In this document: positions 11,527 through 26,196 of the stretch, piece by piece | Layout of the letters: the number at the start of each line of letters is the position of its first letter | Position numbering within the stretch: the first letter of the stretch is position 1 | Source of the DNA: Octopus sinensis | Lineage: Eukaryota | DNA: 64,000 bases | Direction of reading: 5' to 3' | Assembly: GCF_006345805.1 (NCBI RefSeq) | Contig: NC_043001.1 | Span: 71,114,001-71,178,000 of the forward strand | Notes under the pieces: generated by a model | Database searches by the model: none | What the model was told of the DNA's origin: nothing | The model's input: the letters and a program-made list of their open reading frames with translations, nothing else | Made by a program: the position numbers and the translations under genes

Positions 11527-14308
11527 CCGCAAGTATAAAGATATTCTCGTAGCAGTCATGCATTTCCGGTTTTGATCCACATGCACAATATCATGTGCCT
11601 TCTACGGAAACTTAATTAAAAGTAGGTAACTGGGGAAGCGAGGGAGGTGGGGTTCTCCACACATATTTGTGACTCCTCCCGGTTTCCTTCGAGTTACGCC
11701 GGGTAGTGTTCAGAAAGTATCGATTTCTCTGATTTAATCTTGTTTCTGCTGTTGTCTTTGCTCATATTTCTCCCCGTTTCTTTTGTCTCTATTTTACTAA
11801 TCCCTCTAAACTGTACATTCATTGTTAGCTTTCCTTCTCCCACATCCAACTACTACTCCGAAAAGCGCTGTGTTCTTTGTGTGTCAGGTCTTTGTGTTGC
11901 TGAGGACATATAAAAATATGTTTCATTTTTGAGTAACTTATGTGTGTTATCTTTCATTCTTTTCTCGACGAAATTATCAAGCAAAGAAGCCGTAAGTTTG
12001 TGACTATTTTTTTCTTCACGAATAAGTTCCTTTATTGGCTCTGAATGACACAAGGGAGTGTACACTTGACAGTTTATGCTGCTCAAAATGTCGCTTCATT
12101 CAACTCCCATTGTCTTAGTGATAGATGCATAGATGCATTCAAGAGTATAGCCCGATTCCTGACTCATAATAAAATATCTGCAGAATAGGTAGTAACTCCT
12201 CGAATGCCTCAACTACCCTAAGGCTAAAAAGTAAAATATCTCTTACTTTTTCTTCGTTCTGGGAGTTGAAAGAAGTTTATTAGTTGTTCTCTCATATTTG
12301 TTGCCTTCCTTGTTTAAATTCTATCGGTGTTTTTTCTGTTAATATTCTCACAAGGGTATCCGTTTACTGATTAATTTCTTTCAGTGTTAACATGCATGTT
12401 CATAATTGGGTCTATTTGTTCAATTGTCATTATTTTATCTCATTTCTGCTCGTCTTTAAAAGCTGAATTTCTGTTTAAATGGTTTCCTTCTTTATAATTT
12501 TTCGCGCAGTATACTTTGCTGTTGCGTTTGTGGCTAACAGCACCTAACCACTACTCTAGAAGGTGTATTAACTTTATGAGATACAAAAACTGGATGAAAG
12601 TAAAACAATTATTCTCCTGCCTCAAGCAAAACGAAGTGAACAAATAAACGTTTCGAAGTCCCTTGTTAAAAAAAATATGAAACCAAAATCTATTCCATGA
12701 CATTAAATGGGAAAAAATAAATATCCATGAATTGAGTTGTATATTCCACTTTTGGACACCACAACAAACAGTCCCTACCATCCAAAGAATAATATGGATT
12801 TCTTTTATTGGCCTGAAAGTCACACGACATTGATGACATTATCAGGGGCCGAAATACAACATACAATAGGTGAGTTAACATTGATCAAACGGAGGTCAAC
12901 AACATTAAAGTTACGACAAATTATATCAAAAGTAAACCAAAATATTTTAACGTAGAAACTCAAAGTAGATAAAGCCATAAGCAATGGTAAGCACATCTGT
13001 CATAATCAAAGAAGCTGTGGGTTCGCGTCCCACTGGCAATCTTCGATATTTTTCATCCAATGGAATTTTTAATCCAATACTCAACGCGCTTTTTTTTCAG
13101 AGCTTTTACTTCAAGTTCCTTCGTTACAAATGATTTCCTTTATATTTGTCAACGTCTCTAAATTGTCATCTTACAATTTACTGTGTTAAGAACAGGTCTT
13201 CTACAATGGATTGCGAGAAATCGAAGAGAATGTTTGGTACAATATTTTGCATTTCTCTCATGTTTTAAGATATGGGTCCCATTCCCAAATGTAAAATTCA
13301 AATTTTTAATGCGATATTCTACATGATATTATTTATAGTTTTATCTGCATCGAGTTCTATCCTTAACAAGAATCTGTTTCATATTTCCCGAAGTTTATAA
13401 ATTCTTACAAATCAAAATATTATTTCTAAAAATGTGAGAAATCCTACCCACATGTTTTCTTCTAGATTTCTGGTACATGATTAGTCCTCATATTGGAATG
13501 TTCTATAAACTAGGTGGATATGTAGATAAATCTATTTTCTATCACCCATTTCCAATATCCTTCCTTTCTGCACTTCGTAGTCCGCATCATCGACGGAGTT
13601 CTGCAGCAAGCTGTTTGTAGTTGTGCGGAAAAACATCGAGATCGTGACATTATGGACTTTAATGTTATTATTGCTGTTAATGCTAGAAGATAAGGCTCAT
13701 GTAGTAGTAGTTGTAGTAGGAGGAGGAGGAGGTTGAGGATAAGGGTAAAAGGTGCAGGAAAATGAGGAGGAGGAGGAAAAGGAGGTGATATATTGGCAGC
13801 AGTGAGAGTATTGTAATGTATCTGTTGCTGGTATTGATGTTTTGCTAATAATCACCAGATTATATTTTCTTGCTTTTGTGGTGACGGAGGCGGGCATAGA
13901 GATGGTATTATTATAACATCTGTTGTTGATTTTGGTGCTGCTAATGGTATTCACATTCATACTAGACGTATTGTTGGCATCATTGTCATCAACTGTGCTG
14001 ATAGAAGTTGACGTTAGTCATGGCTTCGACACTGATGTTTCAGCCATTGTTTATATTAGGAGTCAGACAAATTTAACATTTCATTGTGTTCGCGAGGCTT
14101 CTTTTCTTTTTCGGTAAAGGTTTTTCACTCCTACTTCCTCTGCATCTCTCTTGTTTCCTGGATCAACTGCAACTGTGGAACCATCCTTTCCATCACCGTT
14201 TCGAGCAATTCGCTATCTTCATAAATGATTTATAATATGGTAGAAAATATATCTACCTCAAACAAGCATTTTTATTTTCGACCCTGCCGTTCATATTCAT
14301 GCCCAGTG

Positions 14309-14400
<92 letters not shown>

Positions 14401-14649
14401 CATACATACACACAAATGCGACAAAGATATTTTATTCCACACGAGTAGAAATATCGGTATAGTAGGATTTGAAAATGCACTAAGAATAGTTAGACTATTT
14501 TTTCTCAATATATTTATAGATCTAACCGGTTTCACAGTTAACATTGATTTTCAAAAAGTTCAAATAGAAATACGTGGCATATATTGCAGCTCTCTTAGTT
14601 CTGACGAGTGTTTGAAGTTTACCCTATTTTTATAGGGAGTTCCTGGCTA

Positions 14650-15850
14650 AACTTAGTATATGTTTTCAATAGGATTTGATTGATAGAGGATAGTCACATG
14701 ACTAGTCTTAGAACTTTTTGTAGATAACCAACTACGTCCATGTGTTAGTATGAGGTGACAATGTTTGGCGTCAAAAGTTAAGGGTGACACGATTGACTGA
14801 ACATGTCTAAGCAATCAATGCTCTAAAAGTTTTCTCTCAGGTTTTTAGAGAGAATCAACACATAATTAACTTTATAACTTTTTGTGCGTTTCCTGCTACA
14901 TCGGTACGTTAGTGTCACGTGACAGTATATTTTGGCTCTAAAAATCCCGACACAGTAGAGTGAAATGATTAGTTATAGCCAAGACACTGCAAGTTTAATT
15001 GTCTGGTGGGTGAGTGCACAGGAGTCGTTTTCTTTGTCTATCTGTGCTTCATCTGTGGTATTCGCTGAACATAGAGTGGGAAAACCTGGAATTTTAGCGA
15101 CTTATTTTTTGCACATACATCTATGAGTCTAATCAGTTGAATCTATCTAGTACTGAGGTCTCGTATTTGTTGTCGGTGAATGGTCAATCTATTTCTTACA
15201 ATAAGCTTTGTTTGACCTATGTAATCTTCATTACATTGTTTACATTTGATAGCATATATTGAATTCCTTGAAGAACATGTAAAGTCATTTTTTACGGTAA
15301 AAGTTTGTCCTGATTTGAAATTCAACGCTGCATCTTTAATATGGTTGATGCAGATCCTGCAATCGGGGCGGCTGCACTTTTTGATGGTCGGTGTAGGAAT
15401 TTTGGAAGGTAATTTAGCATTTGTGAGTAATTTGTTGAGGAACTTTTATTGGCATTTCCTTTTGATTATTTTGTGTATTTTGAGTACTTGATTCATTCTT
15501 AGGGCCTGTTTAAGTAGCAGGATGTTCTGGTGCATAATATTGTAAATCTCTGTGTTTCTTGGGTTGTATGTTGTAAAAAAGGGTATTGGACGTATCTGGA
15601 GCGTTTTCCGATTTTCGCATTTCTTCGATATTTATTGTCTTTTGTTGTAATATATAAATAATATTTGATATCTATCAATTATTCATTTTATCTCCATTTA
15701 CTCATTTTTCCCTAAATAAAGTGAAACTTCGGTTTATTCCTTTTCCTATCTAACATTTATGAGCACTAATATTAGTACTCGTAATCACATATAGGTAATA
15801 CACCAGTAATTCATTGGATACAAATATCTCTTAGACGGTGTTTATAACCT
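14650..15850 (-). pseudogene. Penelope-like element 3' portion with GIY-YIG endonuclease relic
   Basis: FTCSSRNSIYAIKCKQCNEDYIGQTKLIVRNRLTIHRQQIR (15143-15325) is a PLE-type GIY-YIG domain with its CxxC motif. Upstream IPFFTTYNPR matches the PLE linker. Confidence 0.85.
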
Positions 15851-15893
15851 CTAATTGAACTCACCTATACACACACATACACACAGACACACA

Positions 15894-16013
<120 letters not shown>

Positions 16014-17965
16014 TCAATTTATAGAAAAAGAAAAGACGAAGATACGAAGACAAGGGTAGGAACAACAAACAAATGTTTTAGTTTGACGGTCGGGAAAATG
16101 AAAAAGTCTTTTACATCTCGATCCTACATTCTTTGACAGAAAAGAATTACAGGAAATAAAGAGAATAAATGTATTTATCTATGTATATAAATATTATTCT
16201 TAAACAAGAATATTATTGACAGTGATTTCGAAGTTTAGGCAAGTTAAGCCATCGTTGCACTACGATGCAATGAAGTTGACTTTGGTTTTATTTAGTCTCT
16301 GTGGAATTAAAAATATTCCTTAGGTACGTGGCTTTGAGCGACGTACTGATTATGTTTTAGGTTGGGTTGTTATGGAGAAGTGTTTTGGATAAATTGTCAT
16401 TGATAAAATTTGGGGTTATGTTATTATTCACATGCATGTTTTGTTCATATGCCTGACAGACTTTATAAGCAGACTTTACATTAGGTTTTCTATTTTGATG
16501 CGTAGGTAGATGATGTGTTAGTAGGAAGATTTTTAACTCATCTGAGGCTATATAAGTCCAATGTTACCGTCAATGCATCGCAGTCCGACGACGGCTTCAC
16601 TGGCAAAAACTTTGAAGTCACTATGAATAATATTCTCGTCTAAGAATAATAAATTTGTATTGTACAAAATTACAGAGTAACATATATTAACGTAAAATCG
16701 TTTTTATTATACCAGGCCTGCGCACAGTTAGGCTCACCCAATTCTGTATAAATGAATATTGTATATTTGTTTACACAGAATTGAGCGCCGTGAGTTTATA
16801 ATTGAAGACACTTGAGCCAGGTAGTGCAGCAACGCCAGTCAGAAATCAAGTGTATGTGAAGCGAGTTTGTTAACTATGAAGACATTCCCGAACCTACATG
16901 TATCGTATAAAAATACATCCAGACGGCTGTGGCCTTTAGCTTTATGCTTGCACAAGGTAGTATGATGTACATTTCATTTAAAACAACAGTAAAAACAATA
17001 TATAGAATTTCTCCTCCCGTATGCTATGACACTAGGTGTGTAAGAGCACAATTCCTGCGATACTAGCATACTTAATAAATAATATATATCGCATCGAAGT
17101 TAGAATGGTTTGCAGTATTCGTTTGAATTCCTTGTGTCGCTAGTTCAATTTCCGCTGAGGCTGACTCTGTTTTTTATTATTTTGAAATCGATAAATAGAA
17201 TATTAGTCAAATAATAAAGTCCCTCACTCTTTCGCAGATATTTTTTCTCTGGAAGTAATCGTTTGTTTTCAGACTTAATGAAAGAAGGACATTGCTAGAA
17301 TTAAAAGAGTCACGACACGTTGTATGACCCGAGGTCTCAGAATACCTAACACTATGCTATTTATACAATTAACATTTATATTGCTGTTGGGTAATTAAAA
17401 GTTAAAGAGAAACAATTACATTTATTCAATATTTCATTTGAAGTCAGCTGTTCTTCTTATAACAATGAAATGCAACCGTAATTTATGAGACGATAAATAT
17501 TCGGATTCTGTTAACAGCAATCAGAAGCAAAGGAATCGAAATTCAAGGATTGTCACTGAAATTAATTAAACGTCGTCATATAGCACTGGGGCTGCCATAT
17601 TTAGATGTAATTAAAATAACGTCTTTGATGCATGAGTAAATACTTGACTGCAAATGCTAACATATGGCACTGGCAATGAGCAATGATTTGCAATGTTTCT
17701 CCCAGAGCGACTTAATAATTGATGGTGCATTATGTATATATGTATGTATGTATGTAGGTAGGTATGTGTGTACGTATATATGTTAGTATATATGTGAGTG
17801 TGTATGCATACACACACATGTATACATATCTGTCTATCAATACAGTGACACATACATAACAAATACATGCACATATATACGTACATGCATACATGCATAC
17901 GTACATTCACACATACGCATATATATGTGTGTCTATATATATATGTGTCTATATATATATGTATA

Positions 17966-18006
<41 letters not shown>

Positions 18007-18055
18007 TATACATATACATATATTTATATATATATACATATATATTCATATATAC

Positions 18056-18136
<81 letters not shown>

Positions 18137-18365
18137 AACATTCACGAGGTTTGTGTTTTGCTAGGTCGTGGGTCGGTTGCGGTTTTTAGGCGTAAGGAAT
18201 ATATTCTTTATACACCTGGTGTAAAAAACACGACAGTATGTCATAATGAAGCTAAACAACTTAAATAGGTCCTTCGAGGAGCGACAGGATGATGCTTCGT
18301 CATTGCCAGAACTAAAATGGCGTCACATTTTATATCGATGAAATGTATTCCTATATTTCTTCTGC

Positions 18366-19140
18366 TTACTCTTTTACTCTTTTACTTGTTTCAGCCATCC
18401 GGCTGAGGCCATGCTGGGGCACCGCCCTTGTTGCTACCCTCTCTAAGTCCAGTTTGCCGTGGCTGGCCACTGATCTAAGAGAGAGTTTGTAGCTGCTGCC
18501 CTTAGGTTACCTTCGTACCTTGCAGTGGGTTCATCTGGGATCCCGGAAAGCAGCTTGTCTAGATGTTTTTTGAAAATGTCCACATCCGCATCATGTAGAT
18601 CTCTTAGTTTTCTTGGCAGTTTGTTGAACAGCTGAGGGCCCCTGAACCCCAGGCTATTACAGTATCTGCTCCTTACCCTGGATGTGGAAGACGGGACCTT
18701 TGGCACCACACAGTGACGTCCTGTACGGGGATTGGAACAGCTCTCAATTCCAAAATTTGGTGCTAGTCCCTCCAGGATTTTCCATATGTATATCACTGCA
18801 TATCTCTCTCGTCTTCGTTCCAAGGAGTACAAATTGAGTTCCCTAAGCCTCTCCCAATAGTTCTTTTCTTTCATGGTGGAAATCCTCTTGGTGAAATGTC
18901 TTTGGATTGTCTCAAGCTCTGTGGTTAGTTTGACACTATGCGGTGACCACAGTTGGGAGCAGTAGTCCAGGCGGCTTAGGACAAATGTCCTCCATAGTGT
19001 CAACATGGTCTCGCAGTCTCTTGTCCGGAATGTCCTCAGGATCCAGCCAGTGAGTCGTCTGCACATTGTCGCCACCTTCGCGATGTGTGAAGAAAAAGAT
19101 GCATCGTCACTCATGTCTATCCCCAGGTCCCGTATTGATT
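18366..19140 (-). mobile_element. 5'-truncated CR1-group LINE (RT C-terminal region plus 3' UTR)
   Basis: ORF 18443-19114 has SRLDYCSQLWSP, ETIQRHFTK, YWERLRELNLYSLERRRER and IPDEP...RAAATNSLLDQ. Short 3' UTR ends in (GTAAAAGA)n. Confidence 0.9.
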
Positions 19141-19589
19141 TCGATACTGGGATTTCGATACTTTATGTTCTGAAGTTAAATTCAACCGTGGTCAACTCTG
19201 CCTTTCGTCCTTTCCAGCTCGATAAAATATAATATCAGTCAAGTATTGGAAATAATAGCATCAACTAACTCTCGACACTCAATATTATTGGCTTTCTTTC
19301 TAAGTTATAAACCGTTAATTACCAACTTCTATCCGTACACTTAAAGCAAGTCTTGTATTAAATAATGGAGGAAAAGGTTCAACATTTCGATGCAGTTTAG
19401 AAGTTTAATTTTATATTTCTAAATAATATGACATTGGTTTAGTGATATTTTAATGGGTGATAAATTTTATCTTGCTTTAATTGGCGAGGAGTTCGAAAGA
19501 ATTTTTCTTCGACCGTAGTATTTATAAAATCTATTACTCGAGTTGCATAACATGAAATCACAACATTCACCCGTGAACAGAATGTCGAT

Positions 19590-19770
19590 TGGTTGCAGCG
19601 CTAGAGGAAGAAACAAATCATTTTCGTCGACCACAATACTTGACTGCTACCATATTTTCTTGACCCAGAAGGCCTGAGAAGCAAATTTGATCTCAGCTGG
19701 ATTTGAATTCAGAAAGTGAGTAACCAGTTTTTTGTTCGACGTGCTAACAATTCTGCTGGCTCACTGCCCT
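19590..19770 (-). mobile_element. Degenerate tRNA-derived SINE
   Basis: Aligns to 2789-3016 (GATTTGAATTCAGAA, GTGCTAACAATTCTGC...CTCACTGCCCT). Confidence 0.6.
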
Positions 19771-20409
19771 CGCATAACATCTATGGTTGTTTAATTTTAA
19801 ACATTTTAATGAATAAATAATATGTCTTAGAGAGAGACACTCGAATAAGCATGGTCACTTTACCCTAGCTAAAATTTAGATTATGCTAGGGAACTTGTTT
19901 GATGAAGTATAGTCACATTCTTTATGTTTGTGTAATTTCTAAGCCAGAAGTAAGCAATTCTTATACAATTATCACACCACTATTACCGTTATAATGGAAA
20001 AATTAATGAATATGCTATGACATTGGTCAAAATAAAACTACATGCTTAATTTATCTGTTAACCAACCGATTGTAATTTATGCAATATTAATCAAGAACGC
20101 AGATGCGAAGAGTTAAGAGTTCTTAATTTTCTTTAGAAGTTAATGATCCTTAGAATATTCTTCGCCGTTACTCCATAAAATATTAAAAAAAAGGAATGGA
20201 CGCTTTAGACACTGTAGAAGATGTTTAGCAAATATCGTTTTCTGCACTATTATTTCTGGTCGTATCGATTTTCAGTTGAACAAAAAATAATGTTAAGCAT
20301 ACTTCGTCTCTTTTCCGATTCGGCAAATAAATTAGATGAAAATTAAAATGTCGAAGATTACTTTCATTATAATAGAATTGGAGAAATCGTCTTTTAATAG
20401 TCGTATAAT

Positions 20410-20595
<186 letters not shown>

Positions 20596-21221
20596 TTAAC
20601 AATAACAATAGCAAAACAGCAACAACATCCTCAGCAGCAATATAAAACGTTAGTGTACAGATCAAGGTCAAAATGAATGGGCTACCAGAGAGACTGACAT
20701 GAATTCTAATTAACCTCGTGACTATGTAAAGGGTGCGGCAAAACCCACAAAAACCTTAAATTTACCATTCTTGATAAACATTTCAAGGGCAAACGCACAA
20801 CGTTCACTGGTCCAAATAATAATGATTAGTGAAACAAAAGAAAACAATAAAATCTTAGCCCCAGCAAAAAATGTCACCGCCTAACTTCACTAGTACAACA
20901 TCAATGGATGAATAAATTATGGGAGGTTTTTGTGTAGGCATATTTCTGCAGTTAAGACGTTCTTGTCGCTACCACGCAGCTTCTACTACGATTCTACAGC
21001 ACGACAATTTACAAAGTTCTTTTTCATATACCCTCACTCAAATTAATGAGATTTAATGGCCAGAATCTTTATGGAAACCCGTCAGAGATTTAGTTGTGTT
21101 TTAAGAAGTAAACTAAATTGTTCTCCTTATATGAACAGGCTGAATAAACTCGATTGATATTAATATTTGAAATATGTCTGAAAATAACTTTACGACTTTC
21201 CTGCGGATATATGTATGTACG

Positions 21222-21258
<37 letters not shown>

Positions 21259-21444
21259 ACACACCTACACACACACACAAACACATACACATGCACAAAC
21301 ACATTCATATATTATTTGATAAGAATTTAGAAATTTCTTGAGAGCCTGAAATAATTATTCTTCAAAGGTAAAATTCGGTGTTTATAAAATATGTAAATAT
21401 ATGTGCATTTTCGTTTTATAATCCCCGAATTACACAGCTATATG

Positions 21445-21476
<32 letters not shown>

Positions 21477-21888
21477 TGTATGTATGTATGTATGTATGTA
21501 TGTATGTATGTATGCAAATAAAAATTGGGGTGATAACATACATATATACTGACACTGTTCGCATTTTCTTTTTGCAGAGTTTATATTCGGGACAAATTCT
21601 AATATAATCTGAATCTTAACAATATCTATACCATTTGAAATGTATTTGTAGGAAACTTATTTTTTTTTAAGTATCCACGTTTCTAAAAGTTATGTGGAAA
21701 GATATTCATAAGAACACGTCTTTAGGTTTGGTTCAACTAACACCGACCGGTTACTGTATATCATTGTGAATCATTACAGGAACTTCACATTAAAGATGTA
21801 TCATTTTACTTATAGACGTAGATATACAATCACAAACACACACACGCAATCACTCGCATACACATACATAAGCTGATTTAGCCTCTTT

Positions 21889-21986
<98 letters not shown>

Positions 21987-22013
21987 ATATATATATGTAT
22001 GTATGTATGTATG

Positions 22014-22047
<34 letters not shown>

Positions 22048-22333
22048 TGTATGTATGTATGTATGTATGTATATATGTATGTATGTATGTAAATATGTAT
22101 TATAAAGTGCATATCTGTATACCCAGACAATAATGCGGCCAAATTTGACGACAGAATAAATAGCACTGGCAATGACTTATTTGACCGACCACAAGGGTTA
22201 TAACACTTTGATTTTTGGGGTAGTAAACAATTCCATTCATGAAAAGTAGATGGACAATTCTATATAAGTAAGGAAAAATAACCTTACTTTTGTAAAAAAA
22301 AAAAAAACAACACTCTCAACTGAAGAAATCTGA

Positions 22334-24772
22334 CACCAATTTTAACCCAAATATTCTAGGGGGCGTGGGTTCATAATGCCTGCTCAAGTTTTTACGAAAT
22401 TTGGTGTGCTGATGTAATGCAATGCAGAAACAGTATATCCGAATTTTCAGCTTTCACCTTTAAGTAGAGTTTTTAATTTGTTACCACTTAGGCCCTACTT
22501 CAGGAAATATATTTTTCCTGTCCTTTTTATTTCTTTGACGCTAAAAACTCTGACTATATTAACTGTTTTTCAGAATAGTAGGCTTCTCCATCTACATTAT
22601 CGAAAATAATGTCTCATAAGAGAAGTGCATGTGTCACTGAAAGAAACAAAAACATCTGGACGACGAATCTCGTGCAATTTCAAGACTTACGCAGGAAAAG
22701 AAAACATGTTCCTCTAGAAGAGCATTCTTTGGAAAACAGCTGCAGGGTACCAATGATACTTCATATCTGTAGTTGCTACCTGTTCCTTGGAGATACCATT
22801 AGAGGAAGGAAAGAAAGAACTAAGGAAATTTCGAAAGAAGTACCTTCTTTTATGGCAAAAGAAATTAAAATTCCCATATTTATCACTTCAAAATGTGCAA
22901 GGAAGAGTAGAAAAGTGCTTAATACCTATGATAAATGTGTAAAAAGAGGAAAATACGATTCATTGAAAGGAATTTTTGACATTACAAAAGAAAACGGTGA
23001 ATGGCTATGCAGTGAGGATAGAAGGTTATATTATCTTGAAATTGAAAGCAAGGGACAGTTTGGGTATGGAACTGGAAAGGCAGCCATCCATCCAAAAGAA
23101 GGAAAGTGTCCTTAATGCCAACTCCGACCAGAGCAACTCCAGTGTCATCGTCAACGTCTAAGGCAGAGACTGAAAGTGAATATGAAGAGTCCGAAAACCA
23201 AATGAAGAATCCACACTAACAAGGAGGAGGTATGGCAAACTGGAACTGCAGCCCAGTTAGTAATATCTTCCAAGTTATCAACCGCAAAAGCAGCAACAGT
23301 TTGTCAACAATTATCACAAGATGGAATCAATATTGAAATTCCTTCACCATCTAGTATTTACAGACCGACTATCAAAGAAGCTATTAAACTAAAAAAGAAA
23401 ATGAAGAAAACACTACATTTAGAAAACTGGTCATTGCAGTTTGATGGTAAACGTATTGATGACCAAGATTACCAAGTGCTAGTTTTAAAGAATGAACAAA
23501 GAGAATTTAAGTTAGAAGCACTCCAATTACCAAACGGAAAAGTCGATACTGTTGTGAAAGAAATAACAGCTGCTTTAGATGAATACAATTTATGGAACGG
23601 TGTAAAGATGATTGCCACTGATGCAACGAGTGTGAACATTGGGAAAATAAATAGCATTATCATTCAGTTGAAGAGACTGTTTACCCAAAAAGGTTTGAAA
23701 GAACCGCAATTTATTTGTTGTCAGCATCATATCCTTGATAGAGTTCTTCGTGTTGTAATGGATAACAAACTTGGAGAAAAAGTAGTCATCTCACAGTATT
23801 GAATATACATTTATCCCAGAGCTTCTAAATATTTACGAGAAACTCCAGGGTAATTTCAACAATGGTGAAGAAAAGATTATTGAATCAGCAGGATGGCAAT
23901 ATGACATGAAATCTCTCTTTCATTTGACCAAAGTTTTTCGTTTCTTGGAAGAAACCGGAAAAATTCCTACTGTAAAGTTTCAAAAATACCCTAATTAAGT
24001 AATGCACGATGGAATTCTCGAGCAATACTAGTTCTGTTGGCATTTATTTTTCTACCAAAGAAAGGAGTTTTGCTTCTCAATGTTTGTCGATTCATCTCTT
24101 ACAGCTGGGCAGATTTTTGGTTTACTGACAAAATGTTGAATGCACATGATTATCAGAAGTTATGTGGTAGCCTGCAAGTTCATAAAAAAGCATTGCAGAG
24201 GAAAACCATAAAAACTGGAAATTCCCAGAACAAATCAGAGTGCAGAACGGCAATCAAATGCCTTCAAGTTCTTTATGAAGAAAAGGAGAAAATTCAGCTT
24301 CGATTTATTTTATCTAGCATAACATATTAATTCTTTATTATGTTTAAAAGTTTGCTAACATTCAGCAGCCTTTTTCTTAAAAGTTATTTAAAGTTGGAAT
24401 TAAACATATAAAGTTAATTTTTTGGTTTTGTTTTTAATTTTGTATGTTAACGAATGCTTGTAGTGAGCTCTATCTTAAAATAGACTAGTTTTAAACCTTT
24501 GCATAGAACAATTTCATTTCAGTAACCTTACAAATGTATAGATACACTTTTATTTTACATCTCCCTTGCATTTACTGAAATTGAATTTAGTGCCACCTAG
24601 TGACTAGAGTTAAAACCAGATCCACAACTCCGAAACCACTTCAACTAGAAAGTTGAAATTTCAAATATACTATTTCTGCATTGCATTGAGTCAGCACACC
24701 AAGTTTGGCAAAACCTTGAACAGCCGTTATGAGTCCAGATAGAATTCCGCGTGATTTGGGTCAAAAGTGGTG
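22334..24772 (+). mobile_element. DNA transposon relic, hAT-like (CxxH-type DDE) with ~120-bp imperfect inverted ends
   Basis: Broken ORFs 22609-24330 include LQFDGK, IATDATSVNIGK and FICCQHHILDR (CxxH). 22334-22455 and 24648-24772 are imperfect inverted repeats (TTGGTGTGCTGA..AATGCAATGCAGAAA). Exact superfamily uncertain. Confidence 0.75.
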
Positions 24773-25108
24773 ATCATTTATTAAGTAGGGAGTGATGTTT
24801 TTCTAATAAACAAAAATAAATGTTAATTTCATGACTTTTATCAAATAATTCATCGAATTATAATATTAGATTGTGCAAAAGTCATAACTATACTGACCAC
24901 TTCCAGGAGGTGATCTAATATCGCCGCAAAGCAATGACTAAAACACAAAAAAGAATGAAGAATACAAATTTGAAACAAGATCTGAAACGGAAATGAAATG
25001 AAATTTGATATACACGTATGGTAAATTGAAAATATTACGCTCACACACGCATACACATATATATACACAAACACGCACACATACACCCACCCACCCATAC
25101 ACGCACAC

Positions 25109-25158
<50 letters not shown>

Positions 25159-25290
25159 TATATATATATATACTCTAGGTATGGTAGATGAGTTCAGTAA
25201 AAATTTAGATTCAGATGAATATGGTACTTAAGTTGAGGCATCAGAATTTAGTACGGTATTATCCATACAATTTCAATATAAGGTGATTAA

Positions 25291-25588
25291 AATCAAAATA
25301 AGCAGCAAGGATATCCAGAGGTCATGCAGTACGATCGTTTCATGCAACTCCATTTATTTGAACAATGCAATCATTTCATTACATCAATTTAAGTTGGGAG
25401 TGATGTCTTTTCTAATAAACCGAAATAAAAGTTCTTTCAACTATGATGTTGTAGGTACAACATGTTCTTTGTCTACCACCTTAACATTTTAAATTGGTGT
25501 AATGAAATGATTGCATTGTTTAATTAAAATGGAGTGGCATGAAACGATCGTACTGTATTACCTCTGGATATCCTTGTTGCTTATTTTG

Positions 25589-25591
<3 letters not shown>
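25291..25591. mobile_element. Inverted pair of a PLE-type repeat carrying the 3' half of a hammerhead
   Basis: 25291-25392 and 25489-25591 are roughly 85-90% reverse-complementary. Each has GCAT-GAAAC-GATC-GTA-CTG(C/T)A. Third copy at 63729-63849. Confidence 0.7.
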
Positions 25592-25627
<36 letters not shown>

Positions 25628-25635
25628 ATATATAT

Positions 25636-25667
<32 letters not shown>

Positions 25668-25824
25668 CATATATACTTATTATATATTGATCATTCATTT
25701 TTATACTTTTTGACATCTAGTTATATGTAAACATATATTATTTGTTATTTATGTTTTGAGTTATGTCTATCACTGTTTGGATTATAATAGTGGTTTTATC
25801 TCCAATTTATATTTTATATATATG

Positions 25825-25858
<34 letters not shown>

Positions 25859-25909
25859 TGTATGTATGTATGTATGTTAGTATGTATTTATGTATGTATG
25901 CATGTATAA

Positions 25910-26196
25910 GGAAAAATGCTAGTTCTAAAATCTCTTTCAAAGATCAACGCAGTAGTTGTACTGACAAGTAATATTTGTAGCCACTTCAACATGGCTGTCC
26001 GTTCGAACGGTCTCTACTGCGATTTTTTAACCCCAAAAAGGACATCTCTAGCTGGTTAACGATGCAGAGCTGCATCCGATAAATTGCGAGCAGCGGAGTG
26101 AGTCCCTACCACCGTCTAGCTACGGGACCAGTAGACTAGACCTAGTTTCGGGATATATCTTTCACCCTTCGTTACTGGGTACCTCGTCTGCTACAG
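25910..26196. mobile_element. Repeat with direct and inverted sister segments at 27621-27810 (probable PLE pseudo-LTR)
   Basis: 25910-25992 recurs directly at 27621-27701, and 25972-26095 recurs inverted at ~27700-27810. Decayed hammerhead-like CCC-GAAAC-TAG-GTC on the minus strand at 26134-26178. Confidence 0.55.

Noticed and set aside
11700-12500. Purine/pyrimidine-skewed stretch resembling an old LINE ORF (also 1-500 and 10300-11300)
   Set aside because: No diagnostic motif recoverable by eye; left unannotated.
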